A DNA stretch of 64,000 nucleotides from a virus, in IMG/VR virus record IMGVR_UViG_3300028920_000029, positions 96,001-160,000 of that record; one strand, written 5' to 3'. Positions 9,628-20,397 of this stretch are shown in pieces (position 1 is the first letter of the stretch; every line of letters starts with the position of its first letter). The position numbers and the translations under genes were made by a program. The notes beneath the pieces were generated by a model. It saw only the letters and a list, made by a program, of their open reading frames with translations, did no database searches and had not been told where the DNA came from.

Positions 9628-10461
9628 CTACACCTCCTTATTCTTATTATACTTATTCTTAAGATGTCTTTTAAGAGAGTCTAAAGTTTTAAACTTGGTA
9701 CTTCCCTTAACTGTGTCACTATTGTTGTAGTACTCAAGTATTACTACCTCTTCACAATCTATGGGAGGTAACGTTACTTTGGAGTCAACTAGTTTACAAC
9801 TCCCATTAGTAGTAGTAGTTATTTGGTGCAGTTTCGCAGATAACTTTTTAGTTGCGGGGTCAAAGTTAAGCTCCAGCGCTCCATTATTAGATGTATTGTA
9901 GAAGTATCTGCCTCCTAATAGTAGCAACTTACCTACTTCAACACCTTTGTATTGGCTAGAAGACTCAACACAATGGAGTGCTTCATCCAGGATTGCTGTA
10001 CCATACTTCTTCTTAGCTATCCTATTCCACGTAGCTTCCATTTTTTTCACAGTATCTATTGTTGAGGTAAACTTTGGAGTACCAAAAGTCATTTTAGCAT
10101 CTGTGGAAGCCGTTAACACCAGTAGATTCATGTGTTTGAAGACCTCTTTCTCTGCCCTGAGTGCTGCGTTCACTGCCTCATTAACTCCAAGCTCCTTAAA
10201 AACCCCTGAACCATAGCGTAAAGTGTTCTTTAGCTGGCGTTTATCAGGGAAAGCAGCTACGTATTCACCGAGTTTATCCTTGTGATTCAATGCTACCCAC
10301 AGTAAACTGGCAGAAAGTACCTCAGTTTTCAGCCACTTCCTTTCCGATAGCATAGATGCAAGGGCTAGTGGGTCAGTATCTGGTCCAAGCATCGACAAAA
10401 TGAACGACTCGTAACCCAATTCCTTACTGTTCATTACCTTTTCAATCGATGAAGCGTACAT
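9628..10461 (-). CDS. GPDTDP-family paralog 2
   Basis: MYASSIEK...MLGPDTDP...NHKDK. Confidence 0.75.
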   Translation of the reverse strand: MYASSIEKVMNSKELGYESFILSMLGPDTDPLALASMLSERKWLKTEVLSASLLWVALNHKDKLGEYVAAFPDKRQLKNTLRYGSGVFKELGVNEAVNAALRAEKEVFKHMNLLVLTASTDAKMTFGTPKFTSTIDTVKKMEATWNRIAKKKYGTAILDEALHCVESSSQYKGVEVGKLLLLGGRYFYNTSNNGALELNFDPATKKLSAKLHQITTTTNGSCKLVDSKVTLPPIDCEEVVILEYYNNSDTVKGSTKFKTLDSLKRHLKNKYNKNKEV

Positions 10462-10472
10462 ATCACACCTCC

Positions 10473-11066
10473 TTATTTAAAGTTATAGTCTACAGTTACA
10501 TCAACGTAGAAAGTATACTTCTTTTTATCTTTGTTGTTAATTATCATCTTTACTTCCCGCTCTGTTAATCCTCTGGAGTGCCAATTAAATGAGGCTCTCT
10601 CACCATTCTCACGTTTAACCTCACCATTGATACTCACAATAGGCTTAGTTACTGGTACTGTACCGTCATCATCATCTTCTCCATCGAACTCTTCGTTAAT
10701 TTTTGCAAGGGTATCAAAGACTTTAACAATAGTAGACGCCCCATACTTCCACAAATCAAGCTTTAAGTGGTAGTAAGAGAGGTCAAAGTCCTTTTCTGCG
10801 CATTCAAAGTATCTAAACACAGGATTGTCCTCCAAAAACATCTCAAAATTCAGTTTACCGATTAGATTTTCGAGGTTTTCCACGTCTGTAGAATTATTCA
10901 TACCTGCCAAACCTCTCTCTTTTACCTCATTTAACAGCTGAAGATGAAGTTTTCTGGAGGTAACTGGTATCTTATTGGAGTTCCAGTTATGTATTTGTGT
11001 ATCTTTTACAGGAATTTCGTACTTTTCTTCACCATTTTCCTTAACAACTATAGAAAATCCCATCAT
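10473..11066 (-). CDS. hypothetical protein
   Basis: 197-aa ORF with RBS. Confidence 0.7.
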   Translation of the reverse strand: MMGFSIVVKENGEEKYEIPVKDTQIHNWNSNKIPVTSRKLHLQLLNEVKERGLAGMNNSTDVENLENLIGKLNFEMFLEDNPVFRYFECAEKDFDLSYYHLKLDLWKYGASTIVKVFDTLAKINEEFDGEDDDDGTVPVTKPIVSINGEVKRENGERASFNWHSRGLTEREVKMIINNKDKKKYTFYVDVTVDYNFK

Positions 11067-11283
11067 TTTTCCTCCTTTATAGCTAAAAATCCCCTGACTT
11101 TACTCTTACCTTTCTTAATTCCACCTCTTTTCATAGCTATTTTCATGGCTTCAGCGGCATTTTTAGCATAGATTATATGCTTTTGCTCGTCATATCTGCC
11201 TGCTCCCACGTGTCCTGCGGGTAAAAGGCATACAAATTTCTTTAGTTTCTGCATGATATGCTCCGTCCACAACGCGTTTCCCT

Positions 11284-11356
11284 GGAACTCCTGATGTGTA
11301 AGGGCAGTACCGTTCCACGATACGGCACCACCCTTACAACTATACCCTGGAATTCC
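11284..11356 (-). promoter_or_regulatory. long intergenic RNA hairpin
   Basis: 17-bp upper stem and 8-bp lower stem; G-U pairs close only on the minus strand. Confidence 0.55.
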
Positions 11357-11361
11357 CGCGA

Positions 11362-11670
11362 TTACTTATCGGAAACGACCCTGTACTGCTCGCCGCGGAC
11401 TTTCATTGACACCAATCCCTCTGTTGATATCATTCGGAACGCTTTCTTTTGCATATCGTACACCGTAATAAGCCCATGGTCCTCTGGATTGTACGGCATA
11501 CCAGTTCCGTTGACACCTTTCTTCACTCCCTTACGGCAAATCATCCTGCGGAATGGCCTGTTGCCATGCTCATCTTCAGTCCTCTTCCTGAAGATAGCCT
11601 TAAAAACTGTACCCTCCGCTGCCTCGATAATCTTCTTAGCATCCTCGTGTGTTACAACCTTGCTAATCAT
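11362..11670 (-). CDS. SH3-fold WYL_2/DUF2693-like phage protein
   Basis: FRK...RRMICRKGV...LITVYDMQKKAFRMI. Confidence 0.6.
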   Translation of the reverse strand: MISKVVTHEDAKKIIEAAEGTVFKAIFRKRTEDEHGNRPFRRMICRKGVKKGVNGTGMPYNPEDHGLITVYDMQKKAFRMISTEGLVSMKVRGEQYRVVSDK

Positions 11671-11695
11671 ATTACCACCTCCTTAAGTTTTAGTC

Positions 11696-12655
11696 CTAAC
11701 CCAAGAGTACCTTGAGTTCAGGGTCCTGCGATACGTCACATAGCTTAGTAACTACCTTGTCTAACTTGTATTCCTTAGCTTTATCCATAACAAACGCTTT
11801 GGCTGCGGCGACTACTATGTTCTTAGCCGACTCAGGCATATCATAGAACTGCCACCTATTGCTTCCTGGAGCGGGTGTTAGTGGTGAATATCTATAATCC
11901 TCTACCCTAAAGGTTGTTTCTACTTCTTTATTCCCATTTATAGGAGTCATAAGCAGTTCTAAATCTACTTTGCAGCCTCCAACTTTGTCTATCCACTCTC
12001 TTTCTGTTGCGGTCATCCTCTTTTTAAGATACTTTTTGAGCTGAGACTTAGTAACCGTCAGAGTATAAACGTGGTTTATATAGGTACTAAGCTTATCGTC
12101 GTTGATATACCATACAGTATCAGAGATTCGTATGTTACGTATAGTATGTGACATATGTGACAGGTATCTTTTGTAATTTAATCTTATGGATTCGTCACGT
12201 TTAGCTGACTCAATATGGTTTAACTCTTTCACTATAGCAGAGAACGTTCCTTGTTGGAGGTTAACAACAAACACTTTTCCGTCTGCGTTAAACCTCCTGA
12301 CTATCGTAGGCTTAATGTCGTTGTCCACCTTACTTGTAAGTATCTTAGAACCTTTTTCTGCAATAAAATCTGAGGCGTTCTCCACGCTCCACTTTAGCCC
12401 GTCAATAACATTGAGGTCTTCCACACCCTCCAAAACTTCCTGCACCTTATCCTCGTGGTTCACTAGGATATATTTGAAGACTGCCTGAAGAACATCATCT
12501 CTTCCAACTTCCTCACCATTGTAGTCCTTAAGGATAGCCTGGAAAAGAACTACTGGGTCAGTAGTTGGTCCCATAACACAGAGTAAATCGGTAGTAGATG
12601 ATATGGTTCCTTTCTCTATCATTCTAACTAGGGTACTTGAGTGCATTAAAATCAC
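11696..12655 (-). CDS. GPDTDP-family paralog 3
   Basis: MHSSTLVR...VMGPTTDP...NHEDK. Confidence 0.75.
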   Translation of the reverse strand: MILMHSSTLVRMIEKGTISSTTDLLCVMGPTTDPVVLFQAILKDYNGEEVGRDDVLQAVFKYILVNHEDKVQEVLEGVEDLNVIDGLKWSVENASDFIAEKGSKILTSKVDNDIKPTIVRRFNADGKVFVVNLQQGTFSAIVKELNHIESAKRDESIRLNYKRYLSHMSHTIRNIRISDTVWYINDDKLSTYINHVYTLTVTKSQLKKYLKKRMTATEREWIDKVGGCKVDLELLMTPINGNKEVETTFRVEDYRYSPLTPAPGSNRWQFYDMPESAKNIVVAAAKAFVMDKAKEYKLDKVVTKLCDVSQDPELKVLLG

Positions 12656-12989
12656 CTCCTCTTTTTCTTTTTACTATAGATACTTACTAGTTTGTTAAGT
12701 GCTTTATCATCCTTAGCTAACTTCCTGCACCATCGTCTAACGTTAGCTCTAACTAATTCTTCAGGCCATAGCTTATCTGGTAGTAGCTCACCTACTGTAA
12801 TCTGCTTTCGCTTCACCCCACATTTAATACACTTAAAGTAGTGGGCACTGTAAGGATAGAACTTATGTTCACACATTAAAATCACCTCCGTTTTATGTAG
12901 TGGAACAACAACGCAGTTATAAAACCTCACGTATGGGGACTTGAAAACCCCCTCATCTGTGGTCTTGTTTCAACAAGCGAAACAACTAC

Positions 12990-13211
12990 TCAAACTCCAT
13001 CGTCCTCCCCTTTCTTCCACTTACTAAGCAACTCGTAGATATCATTGTAGGCTTTCAGCTTACCTTGCAGCACCTCGTCTGACGGATTGTTCTTGATGCG
13101 TTCTTCAGTTCTTTTTACCCAGTGTTCTGTCAGACGAAACAAGTCATCAATACAGGCATAAGATTTGTTTCCATCGAAGATTGCTTCAACGTCAATGTGT
13201 TTGTCACTCAT
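12990..13211 (-). CDS. hypothetical protein
   Basis: 73-aa ORF overlapping upstream stop. Confidence 0.6.
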   Translation of the reverse strand: MSDKHIDVEAIFDGNKSYACIDDLFRLTEHWVKRTEERIKNNPSDEVLQGKLKAYNDIYELLSKWKKGEDDGV

Positions 13212-13704
13212 CTTCCCACCTCCTTACTTTGTTCCTAGTAAATCTAGATGGCTTCGATGTATTGTAGAAACTTACATCATACGGGTTAGCATTAAGTAGC
13301 AGCTGGTACCTTAAGGTAACTGAATGTATACCCTCGATGTTAACACAATCTGCTGCGTCATCAAACTGGTCCGCTGGATATCCTATTTCACCATTGACGT
13401 AAAAAGGATGTGGCGGCAGGTCTACTATGACATCCACCTCCTTCCCGTCTGCTAGAGGAACAGCAATCAAGTGAGCCTCGATAGCAGTATGTTTCTTCAT
13501 CAAGGCGTGAAAGGTTTTACCTAGTAAGTCAGATGGACTAAAGGTAACTGAGATTCCTACCCCAGTGTTGGTTGTGATGCAGGACTCAACGTCTATGTCT
13601 AACTTACACGACTTAGGTATCCTTAGGATGTTATCTTTGATGTGCTCCCAGGTTTCCTCAAGTATGTAAATCTCGTTTACGTTAAATCTACGAGCGTGGT
13701 TCAT
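13204..13704 (-). CDS. hypothetical protein
   Basis: 166-aa ORF, GGAGGTG RBS. Confidence 0.7.
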   Translation of the reverse strand: MNHARRFNVNEIYILEETWEHIKDNILRIPKSCKLDIDVESCITTNTGVGISVTFSPSDLLGKTFHALMKKHTAIEAHLIAVPLADGKEVDVIVDLPPHPFYVNGEIGYPADQFDDAADCVNIEGIHSVTLRYQLLLNANPYDVSFYNTSKPSRFTRNKVRRWEDE

Positions 13705-14722
13705 CAGATGTCACCTCCTCCTTTTTATTTCCTTTAAGTAACTCGTACAGCTCAGTAGAAGTTAGCTCTTTTATCTCTATTTTATCCTGGAAAGCTCCTG
13801 CCAGTTTCTGAGTTACCTTAGCTTCCACTGCCTCCTTAATTCGTTCACCGAACACAGAGCGCACCTCACCCTTAGTGGTGCACTTGGTATAGGATTCGAA
13901 GTTAGTATTTGTTTTGTATCTCTTTGTTATTCTTCCTTCGTTAGTCAGGATAAACTCTACCATACAGTTTATAGTTTCTATCCTAGCTAGTTTCTTTTTT
14001 GTCTTGTATCCCTTTAGATGATAAGGAAAAAGATCTTTGATGTCTTCCATCTTAAGATTAAAACTCAGTCTCGGAAGCTCATACTCTTCAACATGAAAAC
14101 CCTCCTCAACCAACAAACTCTTTATGGGCTGAAACATAAATGAATCTGAGATGTCATCAGTTACCTCTACCCTTTCACAGCTATAGCCACCTGTATCTGG
14201 CTCACCAAAAGGTTTAACTAACGATACAACACCGCCATTTGGGTACGTAAGGTATGAGTTTCTTACCCTAGCATTAAACTGAAGTATTGAGTTGTCGTTC
14301 GTCTTAAGTAACTCTCTCATGCGGCCTATCAAACGGCTTGATATCAAATGTATCCCATCTCCGAGTGCTTCCTTAAGGTTAGGAGTAAGTTCTTCGATCC
14401 TTTCTTTGAACCTTTCGCAAACCTTTTTAGAAATGTAAGTGTCATCATCTTTGACCATTGAGTATAACTCAGACAGCTGAGTGATACTTGTGATCTTTTG
14501 AGTTAGCACTTCGAACATGTCTGACTGGTAAACAACCGAGTACTTTAGCATTGCTGAAACAAAGTGTGTGGCACCACTAGGTTTTGAGGTTCCAACCTCA
14601 GGATTAACTAGGTAGTCATACAGCATCTCTAAGTCTGTATCAGGTCCCAGTAGCAAGACAAAGTCGACAAGACTTAACGCCTTATCTGTCTCAAAGAACC
14701 TGACAATACTAGACGTCTTCAT
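13688..14722 (-). CDS. GPDTDP-family paralog 4
   Basis: MKTSSIVR...LLGPDTDL. Confidence 0.75.
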   Translation of the reverse strand: MKTSSIVRFFETDKALSLVDFVLLLGPDTDLEMLYDYLVNPEVGTSKPSGATHFVSAMLKYSVVYQSDMFEVLTQKITSITQLSELYSMVKDDDTYISKKVCERFKERIEELTPNLKEALGDGIHLISSRLIGRMRELLKTNDNSILQFNARVRNSYLTYPNGGVVSLVKPFGEPDTGGYSCERVEVTDDISDSFMFQPIKSLLVEEGFHVEEYELPRLSFNLKMEDIKDLFPYHLKGYKTKKKLARIETINCMVEFILTNEGRITKRYKTNTNFESYTKCTTKGEVRSVFGERIKEAVEAKVTQKLAGAFQDKIEIKELTSTELYELLKGNKKEEVTSDEPRS

Positions 14723-14728
14723 CTAACA

Positions 14729-14902
14729 TCACCTCCATGTCAGTATTTTGTATGTGGTTTTTGAATCCTTGATTGCATCACCTCTAAACTCACCTCGGGT
14801 ATCGATGATGGCGAACTTGGTAGAGTTAAACAAGCTGCCCTGAATAAATAAACCCTGAGCTTTCAGCTGCTTAACGTTGTAGCTGTTACCTATGACTATC
14901 AT
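14729..14902 (-). CDS. 57-aa hypothetical protein (not in ORF track)
   Basis: MIVIGNSYNVKQL..., ATGA overlap with the upstream gene, fills the gap. Confidence 0.6.
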   Translation of the reverse strand: MIVIGNSYNVKQLKAQGLFIQGSLFNSTKFAIIDTRGEFRGDAIKDSKTTYKILTWR

Positions 14903-15231
14903 ACTGCACCTCCTTCCTCAAACTTTACTGCCTCAACAGTTCCGTGCTTGTCGTGGATTACTGAGTAAAGACTGTCATAGTCGTAGAGATACTCAATGTA
15001 TACACAATCCTCTTTCTTAAACATGTCAAGGATTTGTTCTGCCACTTTCTTAAGCAGCGTCCTGGAGTATGCTGTTGGAATGTGTATGGATACTGAGTAG
15101 TCTGCAGTGACTGTACAACTTTCAGTGCTGTAGTCAATAGCAATGTCGTCAGTTTTAACCTTAATGAGTGGAGCGATGGCGTCTTTCAACACCACCTGCT
15201 CCGAGTGAGAATGTCTAGTCATTGTTACCAC
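14899..15231 (-). CDS. hypothetical protein
   Basis: 110-aa ORF coupled to the VWA gene. Confidence 0.65.
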   Translation of the reverse strand: MVTMTRHSHSEQVVLKDAIAPLIKVKTDDIAIDYSTESCTVTADYSVSIHIPTAYSRTLLKKVAEQILDMFKKEDCVYIEYLYDYDSLYSVIHDKHGTVEAVKFEEGGAV

Positions 15232-16474
15232 TCCTCCCTTCGATGTCGGAAGAGATGTTAATGTTGATGTACGGATTGACTGCTCCTTTGTAGTGCACCT
15301 CTTCGTTGGTAGTCATGATAACCGTACGGCTTCTAACTGGTCCAACTTCCAATGGAGGTATCTCACCATCAGTTAAGACTACAAAGTTACATCTCGCTCC
15401 GATAGTTTCTTTCTCGTGCTCTGCGAACTTAGCCATTGCTGGGTTCAAATCTGTACCACCCCAGCCTGGGATAGTCTTTGGTATTGAGTCACCTTTAGAC
15501 AGCGTATGTGTAATTCCTGTATCGAAGAAGTACACTTTCTCTATCTCAGGCAACGCCAGAAGATACCCTGCAAAGTCCTCGATGTAATCAAAGCATGAAC
15601 CAGATACATCAACAGCGGCCCACACTTTAATCTTCTCGCTTCTTTTCCTTGGGAATATACAACCAGGAATATGTATCCTCCTGTGCCCTCGGGAAAAGTC
15701 TGGCTTATCTCTGTGGATAATCTTATCCAGTATCTGTTCGAACGGAAAGGACTTCTTAACTACTTTCATTAAGTCCTGAACAAACCCTCCAGCCTTAGAA
15801 CCGTACGCTCCATTCTTAGCAGCTCTTACGATGTCATTGATATGCTCCTTAACATCGTCATCCAGTTCATCAGCATTAAAGTGAGGGTCATGCTCGTCTA
15901 TCCTGTCTCCGTCCAAAGCTACAATTAGAGACCCTTTATCTTTCTCTTCCTGTTCCTTAAGAAGTAATGAGTATACTTCCTCAGAAGTTATCTCGTTTTC
16001 CTGCATACCCATCTCGTTGAGGTCAATTAACTTCTCTTCCTCAAGCTTCTGTAAGGACAGTCCAATCTCGTGTCCGTCTTCAGCTTTAGGCATACTAACA
16101 TAGCTCCCGTAACTTCTGTTGATAAGAGAATTGAGTACGGAATCTGTAGCAACATTCCATACTTTGCGGTCCTCTATTCTCTTACACCTTATCAGATGTC
16201 CCAACAGAATGTGAGCTCCCTCATGCATCAGGATATACATCTGTTCCTTGATGGGAAACTCATTGAGATACTTAATGTTAACATGAAGTAAGAGCTTCTT
16301 GTTCCTGTCAAGACTGACTGCTGCCAGTCCTGCCGTTCCAGATATGTCCCTTACTGGCATCAGTAAGAACATGTCCAGGAAGAACCTGAGCTCAGGCTGC
16401 GTAGCGAACTGCTCGAAAGGCAACTGCGATCTGAGTTTATCAGACCCAGTAACTACGTCTTTAAATCCTGCCAT
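15215..16474 (-). CDS. metallopeptidase-like + VWA domain protein (DUF2201 type)
   Basis: HEGAH (HExxH), WNVATD, MIDAS DVSGS, GGTD, VLTDG. Confidence 0.85.
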   Translation of the reverse strand: MAGFKDVVTGSDKLRSQLPFEQFATQPELRFFLDMFLLMPVRDISGTAGLAAVSLDRNKKLLLHVNIKYLNEFPIKEQMYILMHEGAHILLGHLIRCKRIEDRKVWNVATDSVLNSLINRSYGSYVSMPKAEDGHEIGLSLQKLEEEKLIDLNEMGMQENEITSEEVYSLLLKEQEEKDKGSLIVALDGDRIDEHDPHFNADELDDDVKEHINDIVRAAKNGAYGSKAGGFVQDLMKVVKKSFPFEQILDKIIHRDKPDFSRGHRRIHIPGCIFPRKRSEKIKVWAAVDVSGSCFDYIEDFAGYLLALPEIEKVYFFDTGITHTLSKGDSIPKTIPGWGGTDLNPAMAKFAEHEKETIGARCNFVVLTDGEIPPLEVGPVRSRTVIMTTNEEVHYKGAVNPYININISSDIEGRSGNND

Positions 16475-16488
16475 AAAACCTCACCTCC

Positions 16489-17040
16489 TCAGTAGTTTTT
16501 TAACTCTGGAAAAATTATGTCAAACCTGGTGTGAATGTATCTGTTCTTCGCGGCGCCTATCTTTAATGCTAAGTCATCTAAAGGGGCATACTCAAATCCT
16601 TTAGATTCATACTCCTCCGTAGTTGCATGCCACTCCCATAACTCTGATGCATTAGATACATCTCTGCTGCTTCTAGGTCTTGGGCAGTTAAAGTGTACTC
16701 CGCATTCCTCACCCATGATAGTTTGTTTACCACTCATGTCAAGCTCAACATTAGTGATTGAATTATGCATTGATGCTAACTTACTGCAGTCAATCATGTA
16801 CTGTCGAGCTTTCTTCATTGTAGCGATAACAAACGTTGTTGTAGCCTCATCAGGAATACTGAAACATGCAGATACATCTGGACTACGTTCTCCGTGGCAG
16901 TGTTCATTCCAGTAAGGTTTTTCAAGCATCACCAATCCTTTAAACTTCTTACTCAAAGCATTAAGGTACAGCCTTGAGTAGTGGTTGAAGATGCGGGAGT
17001 GCCAGTATTCCCTGGCACTCCCCGTTTTTCTGAGAAACAT
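16489..17040 (-). CDS. hypothetical protein
   Basis: 183-aa ORF between the ATPase and VWA genes. Confidence 0.65.
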   Translation of the reverse strand: MFLRKTGSAREYWHSRIFNHYSRLYLNALSKKFKGLVMLEKPYWNEHCHGERSPDVSACFSIPDEATTTFVIATMKKARQYMIDCSKLASMHNSITNVELDMSGKQTIMGEECGVHFNCPRPRSSRDVSNASELWEWHATTEEYESKGFEYAPLDDLALKIGAAKNRYIHTRFDIIFPELKNY

Positions 17041-17042
17041 GA

Positions 17043-18167
17043 TTATTTATCTTTCTTCGGTGTCTTCCCAAGCCTCTGCTTGAGCAGGTCATCGAAGTAA
17101 GTTCCGATAGGCTTACCTTTAGCAGTCAGTGATTCATACAGGAATGGATCACCATCACCAACTAAAGTAAGGAACTTAGTAATAGTATCTGCTTCAGTCT
17201 CGGCATCGACCAGCTTGTCGATAAACTTCTGCAGTACCTCTTTCCTTTTCTTCTCAACCTTGTATTCCTTTTCAGTAAACACTATACCCGCTACTTCTTC
17301 AAGAGCAAAGGACCTCTTGAGGGCTTTAGCTTTACCATACTTGGACCACGCGGCTGCAACACAGTTCAGCAGTCCTCTGGCGTCTATAATGGAATCCTGT
17401 ACGAACTCCATTAACTTAACGACAGTGCTGGCAGACAGGATACCTTTGGCAAGGTCAGCGAATTCTTTCATGTCGACATCCTTGGTCAGGTCCAGCTTAA
17501 GCTGCTTGCATGTGTCATCTAACTGTGACCACGATCTTGGACATGTCCACGGTTCAAACGGGCTGTCCTTGGACGGTCCAGTAACAAGAGCTTTCATTCC
17601 TATAGCCTTAACAAAGGCACCTATCTCTTTGATAGGCTTCTGGAAGTCAAGCCACTTGTCAACTCTTGGCGGCTGCATCATGTAGACATAACCTCTTCCG
17701 CCAGTAAGCGCTGATGTAATTATCTTGGCGAAAGTACCGTCTTCACCACCCATGTTACCTGAGATAACAAACTGTGTCTTCTCAGGCAGCTTGATGTTAT
17801 CCAGGTTTTTACCCAGGACTATATCAAGCACAGCACCCTGAACGTCCTCTGTTGCCAGAGTAAACTCGTCAAAGTGAACTACGACATTACCTTTGGAGTC
17901 TATGACTTTCTTCCAAAAGCTTGGCGCTTTCCACTCAACATAGTCTCCCTCAGGCGAAGGAATACCTTTGATGTCATAGGCTTCAAGCCTGCCCAGTGAC
18001 AACGTAATGTACTCCCTGCCCGCTGCGATAGCTCCGTCGTGGATTGAAACGGTTTTTCCTACTCCAGGATCACCTAAGATGATCAGGGTTTTCGGATTAG
18101 CCATCTCGCTAAACCTCTTGATAAGACTTACACACTCATTCGCAGCAATTGCACGCATCAAAACCAC
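17043..18167 (-). CDS. MoxR-family AAA+ ATPase
   Basis: Walker A GDPGVGKT, DIKGIP, Walker B HFDE, SGN, CPRSW. Confidence 0.85.
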   Translation of the reverse strand: MVLMRAIAANECVSLIKRFSEMANPKTLIILGDPGVGKTVSIHDGAIAAGREYITLSLGRLEAYDIKGIPSPEGDYVEWKAPSFWKKVIDSKGNVVVHFDEFTLATEDVQGAVLDIVLGKNLDNIKLPEKTQFVISGNMGGEDGTFAKIITSALTGGRGYVYMMQPPRVDKWLDFQKPIKEIGAFVKAIGMKALVTGPSKDSPFEPWTCPRSWSQLDDTCKQLKLDLTKDVDMKEFADLAKGILSASTVVKLMEFVQDSIIDARGLLNCVAAAWSKYGKAKALKRSFALEEVAGIVFTEKEYKVEKKRKEVLQKFIDKLVDAETEADTITKFLTLVGDGDPFLYESLTAKGKPIGTYFDDLLKQRLGKTPKKDK

Positions 18168-18348
18168 CTCCTAAAAGTTTTTTACTTCTGTTTTGCTAGG
18201 GGAACTTTTTTAATTCTGGCGTCAGGATAAGCTCCCCTGCATTCGTTCTTAATCCTAAGCGCTTCGACGTGCCCGTACTTAATGGCAATCGTCATGTTTT
18301 TCGATGGAGAATACACGATGTACATAAAGTTCTCCATGGCAACACCTC

Positions 18349-18684
18349 CTAGGCAAACTCTATTCGTACTGAAGTAACTCCCCATGTGTCCATGTCGTTC
18401 ACTAAATCTTCTTCCTTAAGAGGTTCTTCAGACGAACAAAAGTACCGTGACATCACTGACCCATCCTTAAGTAATTTAACCTTAAGGCTTTGTTCCTTGT
18501 CAGTCTCCTTAACCGACGCAAAGAACTTTCTGAACAGGGTTGTTAGAATGGTTGGTGATGGGTCACTGTGGAAGTCTACCTCTATCACCCTGTCTCCAGT
18601 CCTTTGCAGGTCACAATGCTGAGCACGGTTAAAAACTTTAATCGCTTCGTAATACTTTGAGAGGTCTGTGTAATCTTCACTCAA
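18349..18684 (-). CDS. hypothetical protein
   Basis: 111-aa ORF. Confidence 0.6.
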   Translation of the reverse strand: MSEDYTDLSKYYEAIKVFNRAQHCDLQRTGDRVIEVDFHSDPSPTILTTLFRKFFASVKETDKEQSLKVKLLKDGSVMSRYFCSSEEPLKEEDLVNDMDTWGVTSVRIEFA

Positions 18685-18936
18685 AATAGCACCTCCATTT
18701 TTTGCAGAAAAAGTTTGACAACTTCTTTGGTAGGCTTATCAAAGATATAGGTGTCTCTGTTTTCATCCATTAACTTATCCGCATACTCTCCCAAACGCCT
18801 ACCGTTACACGTAACCTCTTCCCACACCAAAATGTCGTGGTTAGCATAACGTAACACCAGTTCCAGCCACGTATGGAATAACATATGTTTCTGTTTTTCC
18901 ACTAATTTCCGTCGTAGCCTTTGTTTATACTGGCGG

Positions 18937-19362
18937 TTATTCATCTCCAGGCTCCTCTAACTTAACATAGATTTCGCCTGCTCTGCCGTGTAAGTAGACG
19001 CCTTTCTTTCCAGCCTGTGTAAGCTCTGGAATATCCAGCTCACCTGACTTAGCAACTTTAGGAATTGAAGCGACTTCACTTTCTATTTCTTTTAGGCGCT
19101 TAGCTTTAATTCCAGCTAACGCCTGGTCGAAATCAGAGGAAGGTATAACTCTTACCTTAGACTCTGGTACATCTGCTTCTACTTCTTCGGGTGAGGCTTT
19201 AGCTAATACAGAGATAGCTGAGTCAATCTGATTAGCCTCCTCAACCAGGACTTTCTGTGCTTCCTTTTTACTTACCTGAGCAGCGCCAATGATATCGGCT
19301 TTGGTCTTACTCAGGGCAGTAATAACAGAAGAGTAACTTGGAACGTCCTTTTTCTTACCCAT
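18937..19362 (-). CDS. hypothetical protein
   Basis: 141-aa ORF, AAGGAGGTGA RBS. Confidence 0.7.
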   Translation of the reverse strand: MGKKKDVPSYSSVITALSKTKADIIGAAQVSKKEAQKVLVEEANQIDSAISVLAKASPEEVEADVPESKVRVIPSSDFDQALAGIKAKRLKEIESEVASIPKVAKSGELDIPELTQAGKKGVYLHGRAGEIYVKLEEPGDE

Positions 19363-19605
19363 GTAACTTCACCTCCTTTTATTCACTCCAATAGATTTCA
19401 AATCCTAACAGTTCCAAATTAAACCATTTCCTTCCATCGCTTGAATCTGCATGTATTCCAAACAGAGCTACTTCAAACAACTCGATACATATCGCAAGGT
19501 TGAAGCATCTGTTGAGAATGTTAACATACGCTTCAAATCCTCCACGTATATTAAAGTTCTTCCAAGTACTACTAATCGTAAACATAGTATCACCTCCTTA
19601 ATAAA

Positions 19606-19633
19606 AGTATACCCTAGATTGTCAAAAAGTCAA
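19606..19633 (-). promoter_or_regulatory. sigma70/sigmaA-type promoter
   Basis: TTGACT-16nt-TATACT, followed by AAGGAGGTG RBS. Confidence 0.75.
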
Positions 19634-20397
19634 GGGCTAGTTCAATACAAAATGCAGCTGATGTTCTTTAATTACTAAGTAGTTATAGTATTTCCTGACG
19701 TCCTTTCCTTTCTCTATGGGGATATTGTTGAGCTTATCCACCAGCACCTGAGACCTGTCTACATCGGCAGGCTCAGCGTGTACTACATATATCGTATCGT
19801 TATCCATGATTGCACCCCCGAGGGGAAATAGGTGACGCATCCCTTTCGGTTAACATCGCCACCTTTTCAAGAGGTTTATTTCCTCTTGGTGTACTGCGGT
19901 AAAGCGTTGAGTGAAGCCTTTGTAATGTAGTGGTTAGGTATCTTGGCGTAGTTACCTTTCTTACCCACTATCATCACGTCCTTACGTGTACGTGATACAT
20001 ACGTAAGTGAGGTACCTTTCGGTATACGTATGTTGGTCGGCCTGGTCGTAAAGTCTTTGTCTAATACTATCTTGTAATGTCTCATGTTACTCACTCTCCT
20101 TGTGTTTAGATTTAATGACTAACAACAATATTTCATCTCTTAATGCTTGTTCACTACCAAACACATTATTTCTACATACTTCCTCTATATCCTGTATGAT
20201 CTTGTTTGCTTTTAATAATTCTGTTCTACCTTTTTTGTTTTCTTCTATTACATTTAACACTTCTTTTGCACAAACTTTACATATATCCATATCACTCACC
20301 TCCTTCACTCCCTATAAGATAACCCACTAAATAAGAAACTACAACTGATAATACAAAAACTAATGAACCTAATATATCTTCCATATTACTCACCTCC

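Noticed and set aside
12930-12990. Hammerhead ribozyme
   Set aside because: GAAAC and hairpins are present but the CUGANGA core is absent on both strands.
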